Positions 1-11,721 of a DNA stretch of 64,000 nucleotides are shown piece by piece. The notes beneath the pieces are model-generated. The model was not told the origin of the DNA. It searched no databases and worked only from the letters and a program-made list of their open reading frames with translations. A program made the position numbers and the translations under genes. Location of the stretch: contig NW_024704743.1 of NCBI RefSeq assembly GCF_018977255.1, positions 35,280,001 through 35,344,000 of the forward strand, in the 5' to 3' direction. Within the stretch, counting starts at the first letter, position 1; every line of letters starts with the position of its first letter. The DNA is from Callorhinchus milii (Eukaryota).

Positions 1-510
1 TGTATAGCGCAACTTGCATTTATCTAACGGGGTAGCGTCCCAGAGAGCTGGACAGTGGCAGACTCTGATGAGTCAAGAGGGAGGGGGGAGGTGACCATAA
101 GCATGATCAAAAAGGAAGGTCTTTAGGCAGGATTTGAAAGTAGGGAGGGAGGGGGCAAGGCGGAGAGATTGAGGGAGAGAGAGCCAGAATTTCGGGGAGT
201 AGTGGCTGAAGGCACAGCCACCGATGGTGGAGTGGAGGGGACGAGGGACAAACATGAGGCCGGAGCCAGCCGAGTGGAGGCAGAGGGGGGTGGTAAGCAA
301 ATCAGATAGGTAGGGAGGTGTGAGGGCATGAAGGGATTTGAAAACGAGTGCAAGGATCTTGAAATTGATCCGTTCAGTAATTGAGAGCCAGTAGAGCCTG
401 GCGAGGATTGGTATGATGGGGGCACGGAATTTTGTGCTGGTGAGTATCCGGGTTGTGGAGTTTTGGATTAATTGAATTTTGTGTATGGTGGAGCTGGGGA
501 GAGCAGCGGA
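1..510 (-). mobile_element. L2-clade LINE 3' fragment (decayed)
   Basis: Minus-strand peptide ...TIGGCAFSHYSPKFWLSLPQSLRLAPSLPTFKSCLKTFLFD is a typical L2 ORF2 C-terminus, followed by the 3' stem-loop remnant. Confidence 0.85.
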
Positions 511-599
511 AAACGACTGAACGGACTTGATGGATGAACTTATCTCGCTCTTGTTACGATGTATTTATCAGTATTTCTTTTTGAATTTTCTAACACAAC

Positions 600-725
600 T
601 ACCACTCCTCTCTCCCTTCACCCCTCTTGACTCCAGCCCTCAGCTTGGATCTAACCCTTGACTGTGCAGAGCTTTGGGAAGTCCTCCCGACGTGAAAGGC
701 GCTTTTTAAATGTAATTTGTTCTAA
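600..725 (+). mobile_element. L2 3'-terminal fragment
   Basis: gagctttgggaagtcctcccgacgtgaaaggcgct...taatttgttt is the L2 3' stem-loop and tail. Confidence 0.7.
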
Positions 726-1171
726 TTTTAGGCTTTTTCCCCTTGTTGTAGACAATACCTTCTTTCTAGATGGAGGGAGCAGGCAACCACATCACTAGTA
801 ATATTGTAAGCAGCCAGAAAGAGCAAAAAAACTGTTGAGTCTCATCCACCTTTTCCTTAGAGCCTGTAAGGGAATGGGTGGGGTTGTTTAATTGATTTTC
901 TTTAAACTCTGTGGAATCACGTAATTTCATAATTATCTGATAAATTTGCAAATATATCAAAATAAAATAAGAAGTGCAGATTATGGAAGCCTGCAAATTT
1001 ATAAATTTTCACCCACAAAATACACCAGTCAATTCACATTACAGTATATTCTGTGAAGCGCTTTGGGACGTCTCAAAGATGTGATATGGCGTTTTATCAA
1101 TAAATCCCAAATGATTATATAAATCCCAAAACTGTTGTGTTGACTAACTCGAGAGGCTTTCCTTCTTCCAG

Positions 1172-1331
1172 CTCTTTACCAATGTCCAAAATGGAGAAGA
1201 CCTTTGTATCTTTGAGAAGGGATATCGCTCACAGCACAAGCAAGAGAGTCACACACTGGAAGCAGTTAAACTCGTTGAGTTTAACTTGAAGCAGACGCTG
1301 AATAAAGTTATGACGCACCTTTTTGGAGAAG
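1172..1331 (+). CDS. FARS2: FARS2 internal coding exon (equivalent to human exon 3), mitochondrial phenylalanyl-tRNA synthetase catalytic domain
   Basis: Acceptor ctttccttcttccag|CTC and donor GAAG|gtattt; 160 bp, phase 0 to 1. Translates [53 protein letters not shown], recognisably orthologous to human [53 protein letters not shown]. Absent from the ORF track. Confidence 0.95.
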
Positions 1332-1480
1332 GTATTTATATCAATCACTATTGTACACTACTCACCTGTTAATAATATGAGTTCATTTTTTGTTTGGTCT
1401 GTTCAATCGAAAGGATGAAGTAAGAAGTCAAGTGATGTTCCTAATTGGATAAGGCTACTTTTTGTTCAGAAAAAAACTAA

Positions 1481-1804
1481 AATAACAACAATAACAATAA
1501 TCCTTGCATTTCATATAGCGCTTTTCACGTCTTCTAGACGTCTCAAAGCGTTTCACAGAATGTGCTGTAAAGTGAATTGACCGTATATTTGTGAGCGAAA
1601 CGCGGCAGCCAATTGCGCACAGCAGTGTCCCACAAACAGTCGTGGATTGAAAATTACCAATTTATTATTGTTTTTGTTTTTTGGAGGGATTATTATTAGG
1701 CGTGTGGAGTAAGGAAACTTGCCCAAGGTTTCTCCCTGCCTGGAATTGAACCCAGGTGTCTCGCTTGCAAGGCGAGTGCTCTAACCGCTAAGCTACAGGA
1801 CTCC
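1481..1804 (-). mobile_element. tRNA-Ala-derived SINE, short subfamily, full length
   Basis: Reverse complement begins ggagtcctgtagcttagcggttagagcactcgccttgcaagcgag...ggttcaattcc (A and B boxes), then the Deu-like gtgggacactgctgtgcgcaattggctgccgcg segment and a (TTA/TTG)n tail. Confidence 0.9.
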
Positions 1805-1907
1805 AAAACGATTCGAAAAGTTTAAACATGAGCTTTTTCATCTTGTCCAGCACAATAGAACCTGACGACATGGCCTGTGACATGGCTATGACAGGATTCA
1901 GAAATCC

Positions 1908-1935
1908 TGAGTGAGTGAGTGAGTGAGTGAGTGAG
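1908..1935. repeat. (TGAG)7 microsatellite
   Basis: Seen directly in the sequence. Confidence 0.95.
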
Positions 1936-2110
1936 TTAATCTATGGAAGAGGCTCCCTAGGGAGACGGTGGAAGCAGAAAATGTTGATTCATTCAAATCC
2001 AAATTAGATAGATTTATTTTAGAAAATAATATTTTGGGATACGGTATATGAGTAATTTGAAACATGACATACAGTATGTGTAATATGCTTGGAAGAACCA
2101 GGCAACATTG
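1936..2110 (+). mobile_element. CR1-clade LINE 3' fragment
   Basis: Translates NLWKRLPRETVEAENVDSFKSKLDRFILE, matching the CR1 ORF2 C-terminal W-N-x-L-P...V-E-A...F-K-x-x-L-D pattern. Confidence 0.7.
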
Positions 2111-2439
2111 GATCTAAGGTTCCCAAAGCTTTTCACTGTGTTGTAGACTAATCCGTACTGAATTAATTGGTATCAACATCTCTGTTACTGTAGCATGCGA
2201 CTACCAGGATGGTAGAAACTGAACCTTGGTCTTTTTTTCATAAAGCAATTCATATGAGATGTGACTCGGGAGTCTATGCCATGTTGCTGTGTAAGGATCA
2301 GTAACACAGTGCTGTAACTGCGTCCTTTGACTTCACACACACTGTGACGAGAGTTGTGGCATCTTGAAGGTATCCTGGGGAAAAACACCTGTTCAGCAGG
2401 AATCGTCTTTGTCAATATTATTATTTTTTCCCATTATCC

Positions 2440-2728
2440 ATTGGGCAAGTTTCGTTGGGCAAGTTTCCTTAACCCACAGGCTTTTGTTTACCTAGAAGTA
2501 AGTTGGAACCCAGTTGTCAGTCGATTGTCGGATAGCTTTTCCTTCAAAAATAAATAAATAGGTCACTCAATCCAAGACCGTTTGTGGGACACTGTTGTGC
2601 ACAATTAGCTGCCATGTTTCACCCACAAAATATAGTCAATTCACTTTACGTTATATTCTTTGAAGTGCTTTGGGACGTCTCAAAGACGTGATAGGGTGCT
2701 ATATCAAATGGAAGGATTATTATTATTA
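2440..2728 (+). mobile_element. tRNA-Ala SINE, long subfamily, 5'-truncated
   Basis: ttgggcaagtttcctt...tttacctagaagtaagttggaacc...gtgggacactgttgtgcacaattagctgcc...ggattattattatt. Confidence 0.85.
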
Positions 2729-4044
2729 CCACACGTCACTGCATACACTGGTCAAAGCACTTCCATTCTGCATAGCAGATCAATTGGACGGCTGAAGACA
2801 AATTGCATGACATGGTTTCTTCCCAATAATTGTGTGAGTTATACACAGGTAGCGCAAATTAAATGGAGTTTTATTTTGATGAGAATGGCCTTATATCTCA
2901 CAATTCTATAACTCACACTTGGAAAACAAGCCCCTGAAATTAATTGTGTCCCTGCAGCATCTTGTTGAGTTGCCGAAGGCTGTTGCATGTACTCTCATTC
3001 AGTATTGATTACATGGAGCCTGCAGTTGCTAAATTTGTTTCATGATAGATTGCGTTAATTAATTAAATACAATCCATTAATTTTTTGAAACTTGATAACA
3101 GCAACAAATAAACAAGTTATCTAATTCTGTCATCTTGAAGCCAAACTGTACAAGTGTGGTGTAGTTTTAGCATCCCACACAGTTCTATCAACTTGTTCAG
3201 CTCTTTAAGTTGCTACTGGTATTATTACAGTAGCATCACAATGTATACTGACAGTGTTCATCTGCTGTGGATTGTTATGAGATAACAAAGTATGCAAGGG
3301 ATTAAAGTAGATCTCATCATGCATGATCTGCATCAAGCACTATGGTAAATGGTTCCCTCCATTATTCCCAATGTTGGAGTAATATTCTATGAAACAAAGC
3401 AGAAACAAAGCAGATCCCATGGATGACCACCCATCCCATGGATGACCACCCATCCCCCCGCCCCCATGGCTTCTGTGGAGCGATTTTGACTGTAATCTTA
3501 TCTTGGGGTTCAAATGATGAGTTTGATAATCTTTACTCTAACTCTTGAAGGGGTTGCTGGTTTATAACTCACTCCAGCCTGCAATTTTTTTTGCTCTGTG
3601 TGATAATTTATCACAGTGATCCTTTGTGTGATCACAGTGATCATATTTGATATAACGCCATTCACAGGAGGAGGATGTCTCCTACACAGGTTATACTGAA
3701 AAGTATAGTGACTGTGTATATTTTTGTAGACAAATGTGGTGGCGGGTGCTGCAACGCAGGGCTGCTGAAGTTTGTTAGAACAATTTTAGAGTATTTTATA
3801 TTTGGGAAGTTTTTCATTGTTTCAAGATTACTTTATTGAAACTCTCTCTAGTTGGTGTTGAGCTGGACCATGATGAACCACAGGCTTTTGCAATCAAATT
3901 ACAGGACTTGAAATGGTGTCACACCACATGATATTCTGCTACAATTCAATCAGGTTATTCCCCCTACACTCTCCCCACCTTTCCTGAAGGTTTAAGGCAT
4001 TTAAGGCTCAATTTGTAGCTGAGATTTGCTCAAGATATTTGTAA

Positions 4045-4280
4045 TATAATAATCCTTGCATTTGATATAGCATCTTATCATGTTGTTAAGATGTCTCAGA
4101 GCACTTCATTGGATTTTACTGTGAAGTGTTGTGCCTATGTATTTGTGGGAGAATGCAGCAGTCCATTTTCACGCCGCAACTTCTCACAAATAGCTATGAG
4201 GGACCAATTTTATCCAAGTGATTGTCCTCCAGGACACGGGGAAAAACTACCTACCCTTTTCAAATAGTGCCATGGAATCA
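4045..4280 (-). mobile_element. Deu-domain SINE fragment
   Basis: SINE tail (aataatccttgcatttgatatagc) plus ccaggacacgggg...ttttcaaatagtgccatgg, the reverse of the Deu-domain ccatggcactatt core. Confidence 0.7.
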
Positions 4281-4359
4281 CGATTCTATAGAATAAGTGA
4301 TGCTTCAAAGGCATAACTTGTTTAGACTTAAGTAGTACTGATATCTATATCTCTTGATA

Positions 4360-4790
4360 TACAATACAAAATGACATTTGTATAACACCTTTCACATCAG
4401 GAGGATGTGCCAAGCCGCTGGACAGTGAGGGATTTGGACCCGAGCGGGGCGAAGGGAATGTGGCATGGAGTTCCAAAGGGTGGCGGCGGAGAGGCTGAAG
4501 GTCTGACTGCTGATGGTGGGGCAGGCCGGGCAGGGGACGTGGAGCATGCCGGATGCTGAGCGGACAGGTTGATAAGGGGTTAGCAGGTCACAGAGGTAGG
4601 AAGGGGCAAGGCCATGAAAGGCCTTGAAGGAGATGATGAGGATTTTGAACTCTATCCTTTGAGGGATAGGGAGCCATTGAAGCCAGGCGAGGGTGGAGGT
4701 GATGGGGTCACGCAGCCTGGTGCGGGAGAGGACACGAACTGCAGAGTTCTGGGTGATTTGCAGCTTAGGGAAGAATTGGGAAGGCCGAAA
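4360..4790 (-). mobile_element. L2 LINE 3' fragment
   Basis: 3' stem-loop plus degraded ORF2 C-terminus with the same motifs as other L2 copies in the window. Confidence 0.8.
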
Positions 4791-7051
4791 AGCAGGAAGT
4801 GTATGTGTAATGACAATGATAATAATCCTTGCATTTTATATAGCACCTTATCACATCGTCAAGGCGCCTCAAAGCGCTTCACAGAATATACTGTGAAGTG
4901 AATTGACTATATTTTGTGGGCGATATGTGTAACTAGCGTGTAATACACTGCAGACAATGCATTATCCTAAATATATGTATGAGAGTTTGAATGAAGAAGG
5001 CTGTTAAGAACATTGCAGAATACTAGCCCACTGTCTTCCCATTTACAAACCGTTTCTTAAATGAGTCCAGTGTTTTGCCCTTAATCATGTGCCAGTTCTA
5101 TATTATTCTCTGTGTAAAGAAATATCTCCTGAAATTGCTCTTCAGAAGCCTGCCCGTCTCTTGCCCTGCTGCCGAAAGTGTTACCCGTGTTTTACCCTAT
5201 GCATCTAACTACGCATTATCTACAAAATGCCCTCTGAAATGTATCTTTTTGTAGCTTATCTGGTAATTCCTCATTGCTGAATCCTTTAACATTGAGAGCT
5301 GGCTTTGTTGCTCTCCTCTTCAGTGCCTCCAGTGTGTGGACAGCCCATTATGTTATGACATCTGGAACTATATGGAGTATATATGGACTATATGGAGTAG
5401 TTCAGTTGCAGCGTGTCCAGAACATTATACAGCTTGAAAGTGATGTCTGGGTGATCTGAAAACAACTGATTTGGCAGTTTAGCACACAGCATCCTTTTGA
5501 ACTCTTTTACTGCACTCATACTGCAGTAAACAATTATTCTTTATCAGTAAAACATTCTCTTTTTAGAGAAACGGACAGCATAATTTATTTTCCAGCAAAT
5601 TCCCCCCTCCCTATTCCAGCATCATCAGCTCATAAAAGCCCCCTTCCTTCCTATTACTTGACCAGCCCCAATTGGTAGCCTAATCAGACGAGTGGCATTA
5701 GTGACAATTTGTGTCATCCATTTCTTGGTTAACATGCTTTTCTTTTTGCACAGTAATGGGTTTACTGCACGGTACACTGCACAAAGTCCGACTTTATTTA
5801 AGTACCCCATGAATTATTTCAATAATAGAAGGTGTAATTTCAGATATAATTGATGTAGTGCTGATGTTTTAAGTACTGCTGGACTTTAGAAAGTGAAAAG
5901 ATGTTTGCTTTTATAATTGTAACTGCCAGAAACAGTGAAATAATTTTAGTTATTTTAAATGCCACAATGTTTGCCGTTGCAGAATAGTTTCAAAATATCT
6001 TTTACCTTCAAAACTGAAGAGGCTGGCGATTGTTATAGTACAGTAGAGTGGTGCAGGACTATGGCAATTAGAAAGTACTTCAATCTTTTTACAGGATCAT
6101 TTGCTAGGTTTTATCATACCTTCTGTATTTTCTGTTCTTTTACTTATCTTGCACCATGATTCACCTAAAAAATGTAGTCACTATATTTTCCAGTAAATAC
6201 TGTAAAACACTTCAAGACATCCCCCCGACATGAAAGCCGCTATATCAAATTCAAGGACTATTAGTATTAATAATAATAAAATGCCAGCATATGGATCGAA
6301 AACAAAAAAATTGATGCGGGCAATGGTTTTAGAAAGATATTTTTAGGGAGAAAAAGCATTTGATTTATGATTGAAATGACCTTTACATTTCCTTTACAAG
6401 TGTTGTGCTTGCAGTGCTTGCAATCGGGCAGTCATTCCACTGCTTATCCGTTTACACAATTCTTTTTCTCTGCTTCCTGAAAGCACTTAAATGAGCTGCA
6501 CCAGATGTCTGCTGGTCACTAACTTGTTCTGCGAATGAGTAAAGGCTGTGTGGCATGGTTTGCAGTATTTACATGAAATGTCAGCCATGGTAAGCTATGT
6601 GTTTCTTAATAGAGGGGGAGTCTGACACAACTGATCCTTGACTGTGAAATTAATCTCCTGGAGAGTTTGTTTCAGCTGATCAACTCCTACCTTGCTGAGG
6701 GTAGGGGGCGGCCTAGGCTACCAGCCTCGGGCTGGTACCCTGTCTCCTCAAATATGAAGACAAAAGGCTTATACTGAGCTTGAACATGTGACAGATATGT
6801 TTTTCTTCTGAATTTATGATATGAATTTAAAAGGACAAATGCTCCCTGGGTTTTCTTTGTGTTTACAGTGAAATTTAAGTTGCTAAACAGAATGTTACAC
6901 ATTTATGTATTATGTGAGCTTCAATGAGATCAGATGGGCTAAAGTGCCTTCTTCATCAAACTAATCTTGTAATCTTGAGAGCCGCTCTCAGAAATGCCAC
7001 CCTTGTGATGGGATGTGAATGGGACCCCACGTGTCAACTTCCTGAGTTCAA

Positions 7052-7660
7052 TCAACAACAATAACATCAGCAACAAGATTAAATTTGTATAGCGCCTTTC
7101 ACGGTGGGAGGACGTCCCAAGGCACTGGACAGTGTACAGCATTTCAGACCCGAGCTGGGGTCAAGAGGGGGGGGGGAGAAGGGAGGGAGGTGCCCGATGG
7201 GATGGTCGAAGAGGAGGATTTTGAGGCAGAACTTGAAGGAGGCTAAGAGGGGGTGAGGCAGAGCGATTGGGGGATGGAATTCTAGAGGTTGGGGGCAGAG
7301 TGGCTGAAGGCTCTCCCGCCAATTGTGGGGCAGGTGGGTCGGGGGAGGTGGAGCAGGCCAGAGCCGGCTGAGTGGAGGGAGCAGGCGGGTTGGTAGGGGG
7401 TTAGGAGGTCACAGATGTAGGGTGGGGCGAGGCCATGGAGGGCTTTGTAGATGATGACCAGGATCTTGATTTGGATCCTCTGAAGGATAGGGAGCCAATG
7501 GAGTCGGGCGAGAATGGGGGAGATGGGGTCACGGAGTTTGGTGCGGGAGGGGACATGGACTACAGAGTTCTGGATTATCTGCAGCCTGTGGAGGGAGAAG
7601 TTGGGAAGGCCGACGAGCAGGGCGTTTGCACAGTCGAGCCTGGAGGTGATGAAGGCATGA
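7052..7660 (-). mobile_element. L2 LINE 3' fragment
   Basis: (AAC)n tail and gcgcctttcacggtgggaggacgtcccaaggcact stem-loop; closely similar to the + strand copy at 47950-49349. Confidence 0.9.
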
Positions 7661-7734
7661 ATAATATGCCACTATGGCATTTGCCAAGGCACTTTCTCAG
7701 AGAAAGTGGTTTAAAAAATGCTGTTGAATTATTA

Positions 7735-8125
7735 TCCCAGAGGATAGAGTTCAAAATCATTGTCCTCGCCTTCAAGGCCCTCCCTGGGTCCCACGGCCTT
7801 GCCCCTCCCTAGCTCTGCGATCTGCTGACTCCATATCAACCAGTCCACTCCCTGTGCTCAATAGGCTGTGGCCTGCTCCACGTCCACCCGCCCCGCCCCA
7901 CCAGCGATGATCAGGCCTTCAGCCTCTTCGCCACCACCCTTTGGAATTCCATACACATTCCCTTCGCCTCTCCCTCCCTTGCCTCCTTCAATGCACGTCT
8001 CTGCCCTCCACCCTCCCTTACCCCAACCCCCCCCACCCACGCTCGGGTCCAAATCCCTGACTGTCCAGTTCCTTTGAACATCCTCCCGATGTGAAAGACA
8101 TTATACAAATGTACTTTTGTATTGT
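7735..8125 (+). mobile_element. L2 LINE 3' fragment, inverted relative to its neighbour
   Basis: Translates QRIEFKIIVLAFKALPGSHGLAP; ends catcctcccgatgtgaaagacattatacaaatg. Confidence 0.85.
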
Positions 8126-8409
8126 ATTGGTCTATGAAATGGTTTTATAAAGGAGTCCTTTTGTTTCATTTATACAGGTTGGGCTAAATTTACTTTTTAA
8201 TAGCATTTGTTTGATGAACAAGAAATGCTCAGTCCTCAGCCTACTCCGAGGCAAATTCTGAATGGCAAATTAATCTGGTCAGCATACAGGGAGAAACACT
8301 TTTTCTTTTGATTTGTTTCATTGGAATTTTAATGTCCACCTGTAAAATAGGCAAAACAGTACGACAATTATATAATTGTATAACACCCTTCATTTAGGGT
8401 GAACGTCTC

Positions 8410-9150
8410 AACAACAACAACAAATTGCATTTATACAGTGCCTTGAGAGAACGTCCCAAGGTGCTTCAAAAAACATAGAATGGGAGCTTGATGAGAGGAA
8501 GAAGTGGGGAGTGTTTAGGAGAATGTGACCAAAGATGCAGGCAAACGCACATGTCTTTATATCAATTTTGAAAACAAAGACTGGGGTGGAAAGCAAAGAT
8601 TTTTGGAAGAGATTTCTGGAGGGCAATGTGTCTGAAAGCTCACCAACGGATGATAGGGTGGAGTGGGTTGAGGGTATGAAGCAGGTCAGAGTTAGCAGAG
8701 TAGAAGGTATAACCGAGGGAGTATGGTCATAGGAGATCACAGAGGTAGGATCGAGCAAGGCTGTGGAGATGTCTGGTAGTGAAAATTAAATACAATATGC
8801 TTGAGATGGGGAGGCAGGTGAGGATGAGGGTGATGGGTTTGTGGAGCCTAGTCCAGGAGAGACTGTGGGTTGTGGCGTTCTTAATGATCTGGAGCTTGTG
8901 GATGCTTCCACACAGTCTCCGTTAGTTGGAGGTCAGTATGGTCTACGCCTGAGGTAAGCAGTGCTGATAGGAGCTGAACAGGATAGCCTCAGTTTGGTCG
9001 ACTTTGAGTTGGAGAAATTAACACTCATCGAGAATTTGATGTCTTATCAGGCAGTGTGTCAGAACAGCAGTGGTCTTGGAGTCAAGGGTAGATGCAAGAA
9101 GCTAGAGTTGGGTGTCGTCCATGTTATGTGGAGGTGAACCTCATATCTGT
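8410..9150 (-). mobile_element. Older, strongly decayed L2 fragment
   Basis: (AAC)n tail, and gagttgggtgtcgtccatgttatgtgg, the reverse of the degraded H-x-Y-x-D-D-T-Q-L RT motif. Confidence 0.7.
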
Positions 9151-9152
9151 GG

Positions 9153-9505
9153 ATAATAATCGTTGCATTTGATTTAGTGCCTTATCACCACAAATTGGTT
9201 TGAAGTGCTTCAGAGTTTTTTTTTCTGTAAAGTGTAGGCAAATGCAGTAGCCAATTTTTGCACAGCAATGTCCTACAAAGTTAATGTTCAATTTTTTAAA
9301 TCTAAGATTGTTGGCCAGGAAACTGGAAAAACTTTAAAAACTTTACTTTTAAAATAGTGCTATGGGATCTTTAATGACTACCTGAACATCCAGACTCATC
9401 TGAAGGACCTCCAAAATGTAGGGCTGCAAAGAGCTTGAAATCCCAACTTGGTGCTTGAACCTTTTGACTTAGAGGCGAGTGTACTCAACTGAGCCAGGCT
9501 AACAC
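9153..9505 (-). mobile_element. Deu-domain SINE
   Basis: Reverse of gtgttagcctggctcagttgagtacactcgcctctaagtc...caggtagtcattaaagatcccatagcactatt...gctgtgcaaaaattggct. Confidence 0.8.
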
Positions 9506-11398
9506 ACAATGTCACCAAGGGAAAGCATGCAGACAAAGAAAAGGAGGTTGTTTGTGGGACATTGCTGTGCGCAAAATTGTCTGATGCTTTTGTCTATGAA
9601 TATAGTGTCACTGCATTTTACAGAAAATCCCGTGAAGAGCATTTGATGATGTGGTAAGATGCCATATCAATTTCAAGGATTATTATTGTAATTTATAGAG
9701 AGAATATTTTTAATATTGAAACTGCTATCTAAGAACAGATATTCAAGTTGTGAAGTTACAATGGTAGGAACCCTCGATAATGTGTCTCCAAATGGGAAAA
9801 TTGGAAGTCATCTGGCAATTAATAATAATAATAATACTTGCATTTGATTTTGCAATTCTGCAGCTACTGTGGTTCCCATCTACTGCAACATCTTCACCAC
9901 TCTCAAATCATTTGGAAAAAACTTGATACTGGAAATAATTTTTTTGGGTTTGTGCCTTACAAATTATATTCATCTTTAATTGCTGTGTCTCTGTTGAGTT
10001 CATTGAGTTTCCTTACGCTACATTCCCCATCTCCCCAAGCCAATCCCACTAATGATTTATTTGGTTGCCACTCTTCAAACAAAACTATTGAAGCAATCAA
10101 GAGCAGTACATGGAAAATCATGCCCACAGAAGTGTACTGCCAGTCATGATAATTGTTACTGCCTGTCTTTCATTTTTAAAGAGATACCAACGGTGAGTTT
10201 TTCACTTTAAAGCTGCTGAGTTATTGCACCCACAGTGGTGGTCTGAATTAGCTTTCTGAGACTACAGTAACAGTTATAGTTTAGAGCAGCAAATCTATAG
10301 TTCATTGGTGTGGTATTGTAGTAACACGTAACATGTATTTTTATTCTCTAATAATGTCAGTGGATAACCATAAAAGTACAGAATATCAAATTTTATTTTT
10401 ACTACATTGTGTTGCTAATAAACTCAGTGTGAACAATGACTCACTCAACTGTGTCTACGTCTAGTTAAGAGGAATAGCACCAGTCCACCTCACATCTATA
10501 GTACAATGCAATATATCTATAACAAACATTTGATAAGTATTAAATTAATGAAGTTCTGGTTTAAATTTCAAACGAACAAGAATGTTTAGACTAAATTCAA
10601 AACTTTCTATCTTCAATTTGCAGAAATGTGCCATGCCCTGAATAGAGTATAAACACAGTGCAACTGACAATCCCACATAAGATTTGTGTGATTTTTATTG
10701 ACAAGAAAGGACAAAATAAGATCAGTACAGCTTCCATGTAACCAGGAAGTGAAACATCACCTTTGGGAGTTGGGGAGGCAACAGAATGTTGTAATCAAGC
10801 CAGGCCTCTTTGGTGGTCTTGGTAGTCGAGTTCCTGAGACAGATGGGTCCACGGTATTCAAGGACAACGCTGATGACAGACTGACCAGACAGACCACTCT
10901 ACGGGAGCAGGGATTTTTCCCATTAGGCTTCGATTGACCTGCAAACCAAAACCCTAACGGGTGGGTGGTCCTTTTGCTGTTCAATAAACAAAGAGAATGT
11001 GCATTCCATTCCAGTCACACATAAACTTCTACGTGTAGGTGGCATACACATGTGGAACTCTCAGGCTGGTTTGCAGTTTTAAGCAGTTTTAGCTTGTTAA
11101 ATTTTGGCAAAAGCCCAAAGCTTTTTGTTTGTTTCTTTTTGTGGCCCATTTGTGTGATATTGCTGTGCGCAATTTGCTTACAAGTACACAGTCACTCCGC
11201 TTCACAGTAAATCTTGTGATGTGGTTTGAGACATTCTCCCAATGTGAAAGGCACTATGCAAAGATTATTATTAGTCTTTTCAGTGATATGTGTATGTTAC
11301 CAGCTTTATCCATGTGTTAACCTCAGTCCTTTTTTTAAAGTATGTTGACACCTAAATGCACGCTGTGAGTCTTGGATTCAGTAGTTCCAATGGTCTTG

Positions 11399-11721
11399 GA
11401 GTCCTGTAGTTCAGTGGTTAGAGCACTCGCTTTGCAAGCGAGAGACCTGAGTTCAATTCCAGGCTCAGGGCGAAACCTTGGGCAAGTTTCCTTACTCCAT
11501 ACGCCTAATAATAATCCCTCCAAAACCAAAAACAATAATAAATTGGTCATTTTCTATCTACGACTGTTTGTGGGACATTGCTGTGCGCAATTGGCTGCCG
11601 CGTTCGCCCACAAATATACAGTCAATTCACTTTACAGTATATTCTGTGAAGCGCTTTGGGACGTCCTCCCGATGTGAAAAGCGCTATATCAAATGCAAGG
11701 ATTATTATTATTATTATTATT
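11399..11721 (+). mobile_element. tRNA-Ala SINE, short subfamily with L2-identical tail, full length and young
   Basis: A box tagttcagtgg, anticodon arm ctcgc-tttgcaa-gcgag, B box gagttcaattcc, Deu-like 3' block, gcgctttgggacgtcctcccgatgtgaaaagcgc stem-loop and (ATT)7 tail. Confidence 0.92.

Noticed and set aside
3391..3455. Back-to-back short tandem duplications (gaaacaaagca x2; atcccatggatgaccaccc x2)
   Set aside because: Two-copy slippage duplications without spacers; not an array or CRISPR.
10620..11100. Possible processed pseudogene or nested minus-strand gene (AATAAA near 10695)
   Set aside because: All frames are interrupted, no protein family could be recognised, and there is no poly(A) tail or TSD. 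At best it is a decayed LINE remnant.
11399..11470. tRNA-Ala(TGC)-like sequence with A/B boxes and anticodon arm (also at 1804, 32923 and 60731)
   Set aside because: There is no complementary 3' acceptor strand and it runs directly into a repeated SINE body, so it is a SINE head rather than a tRNA gene.
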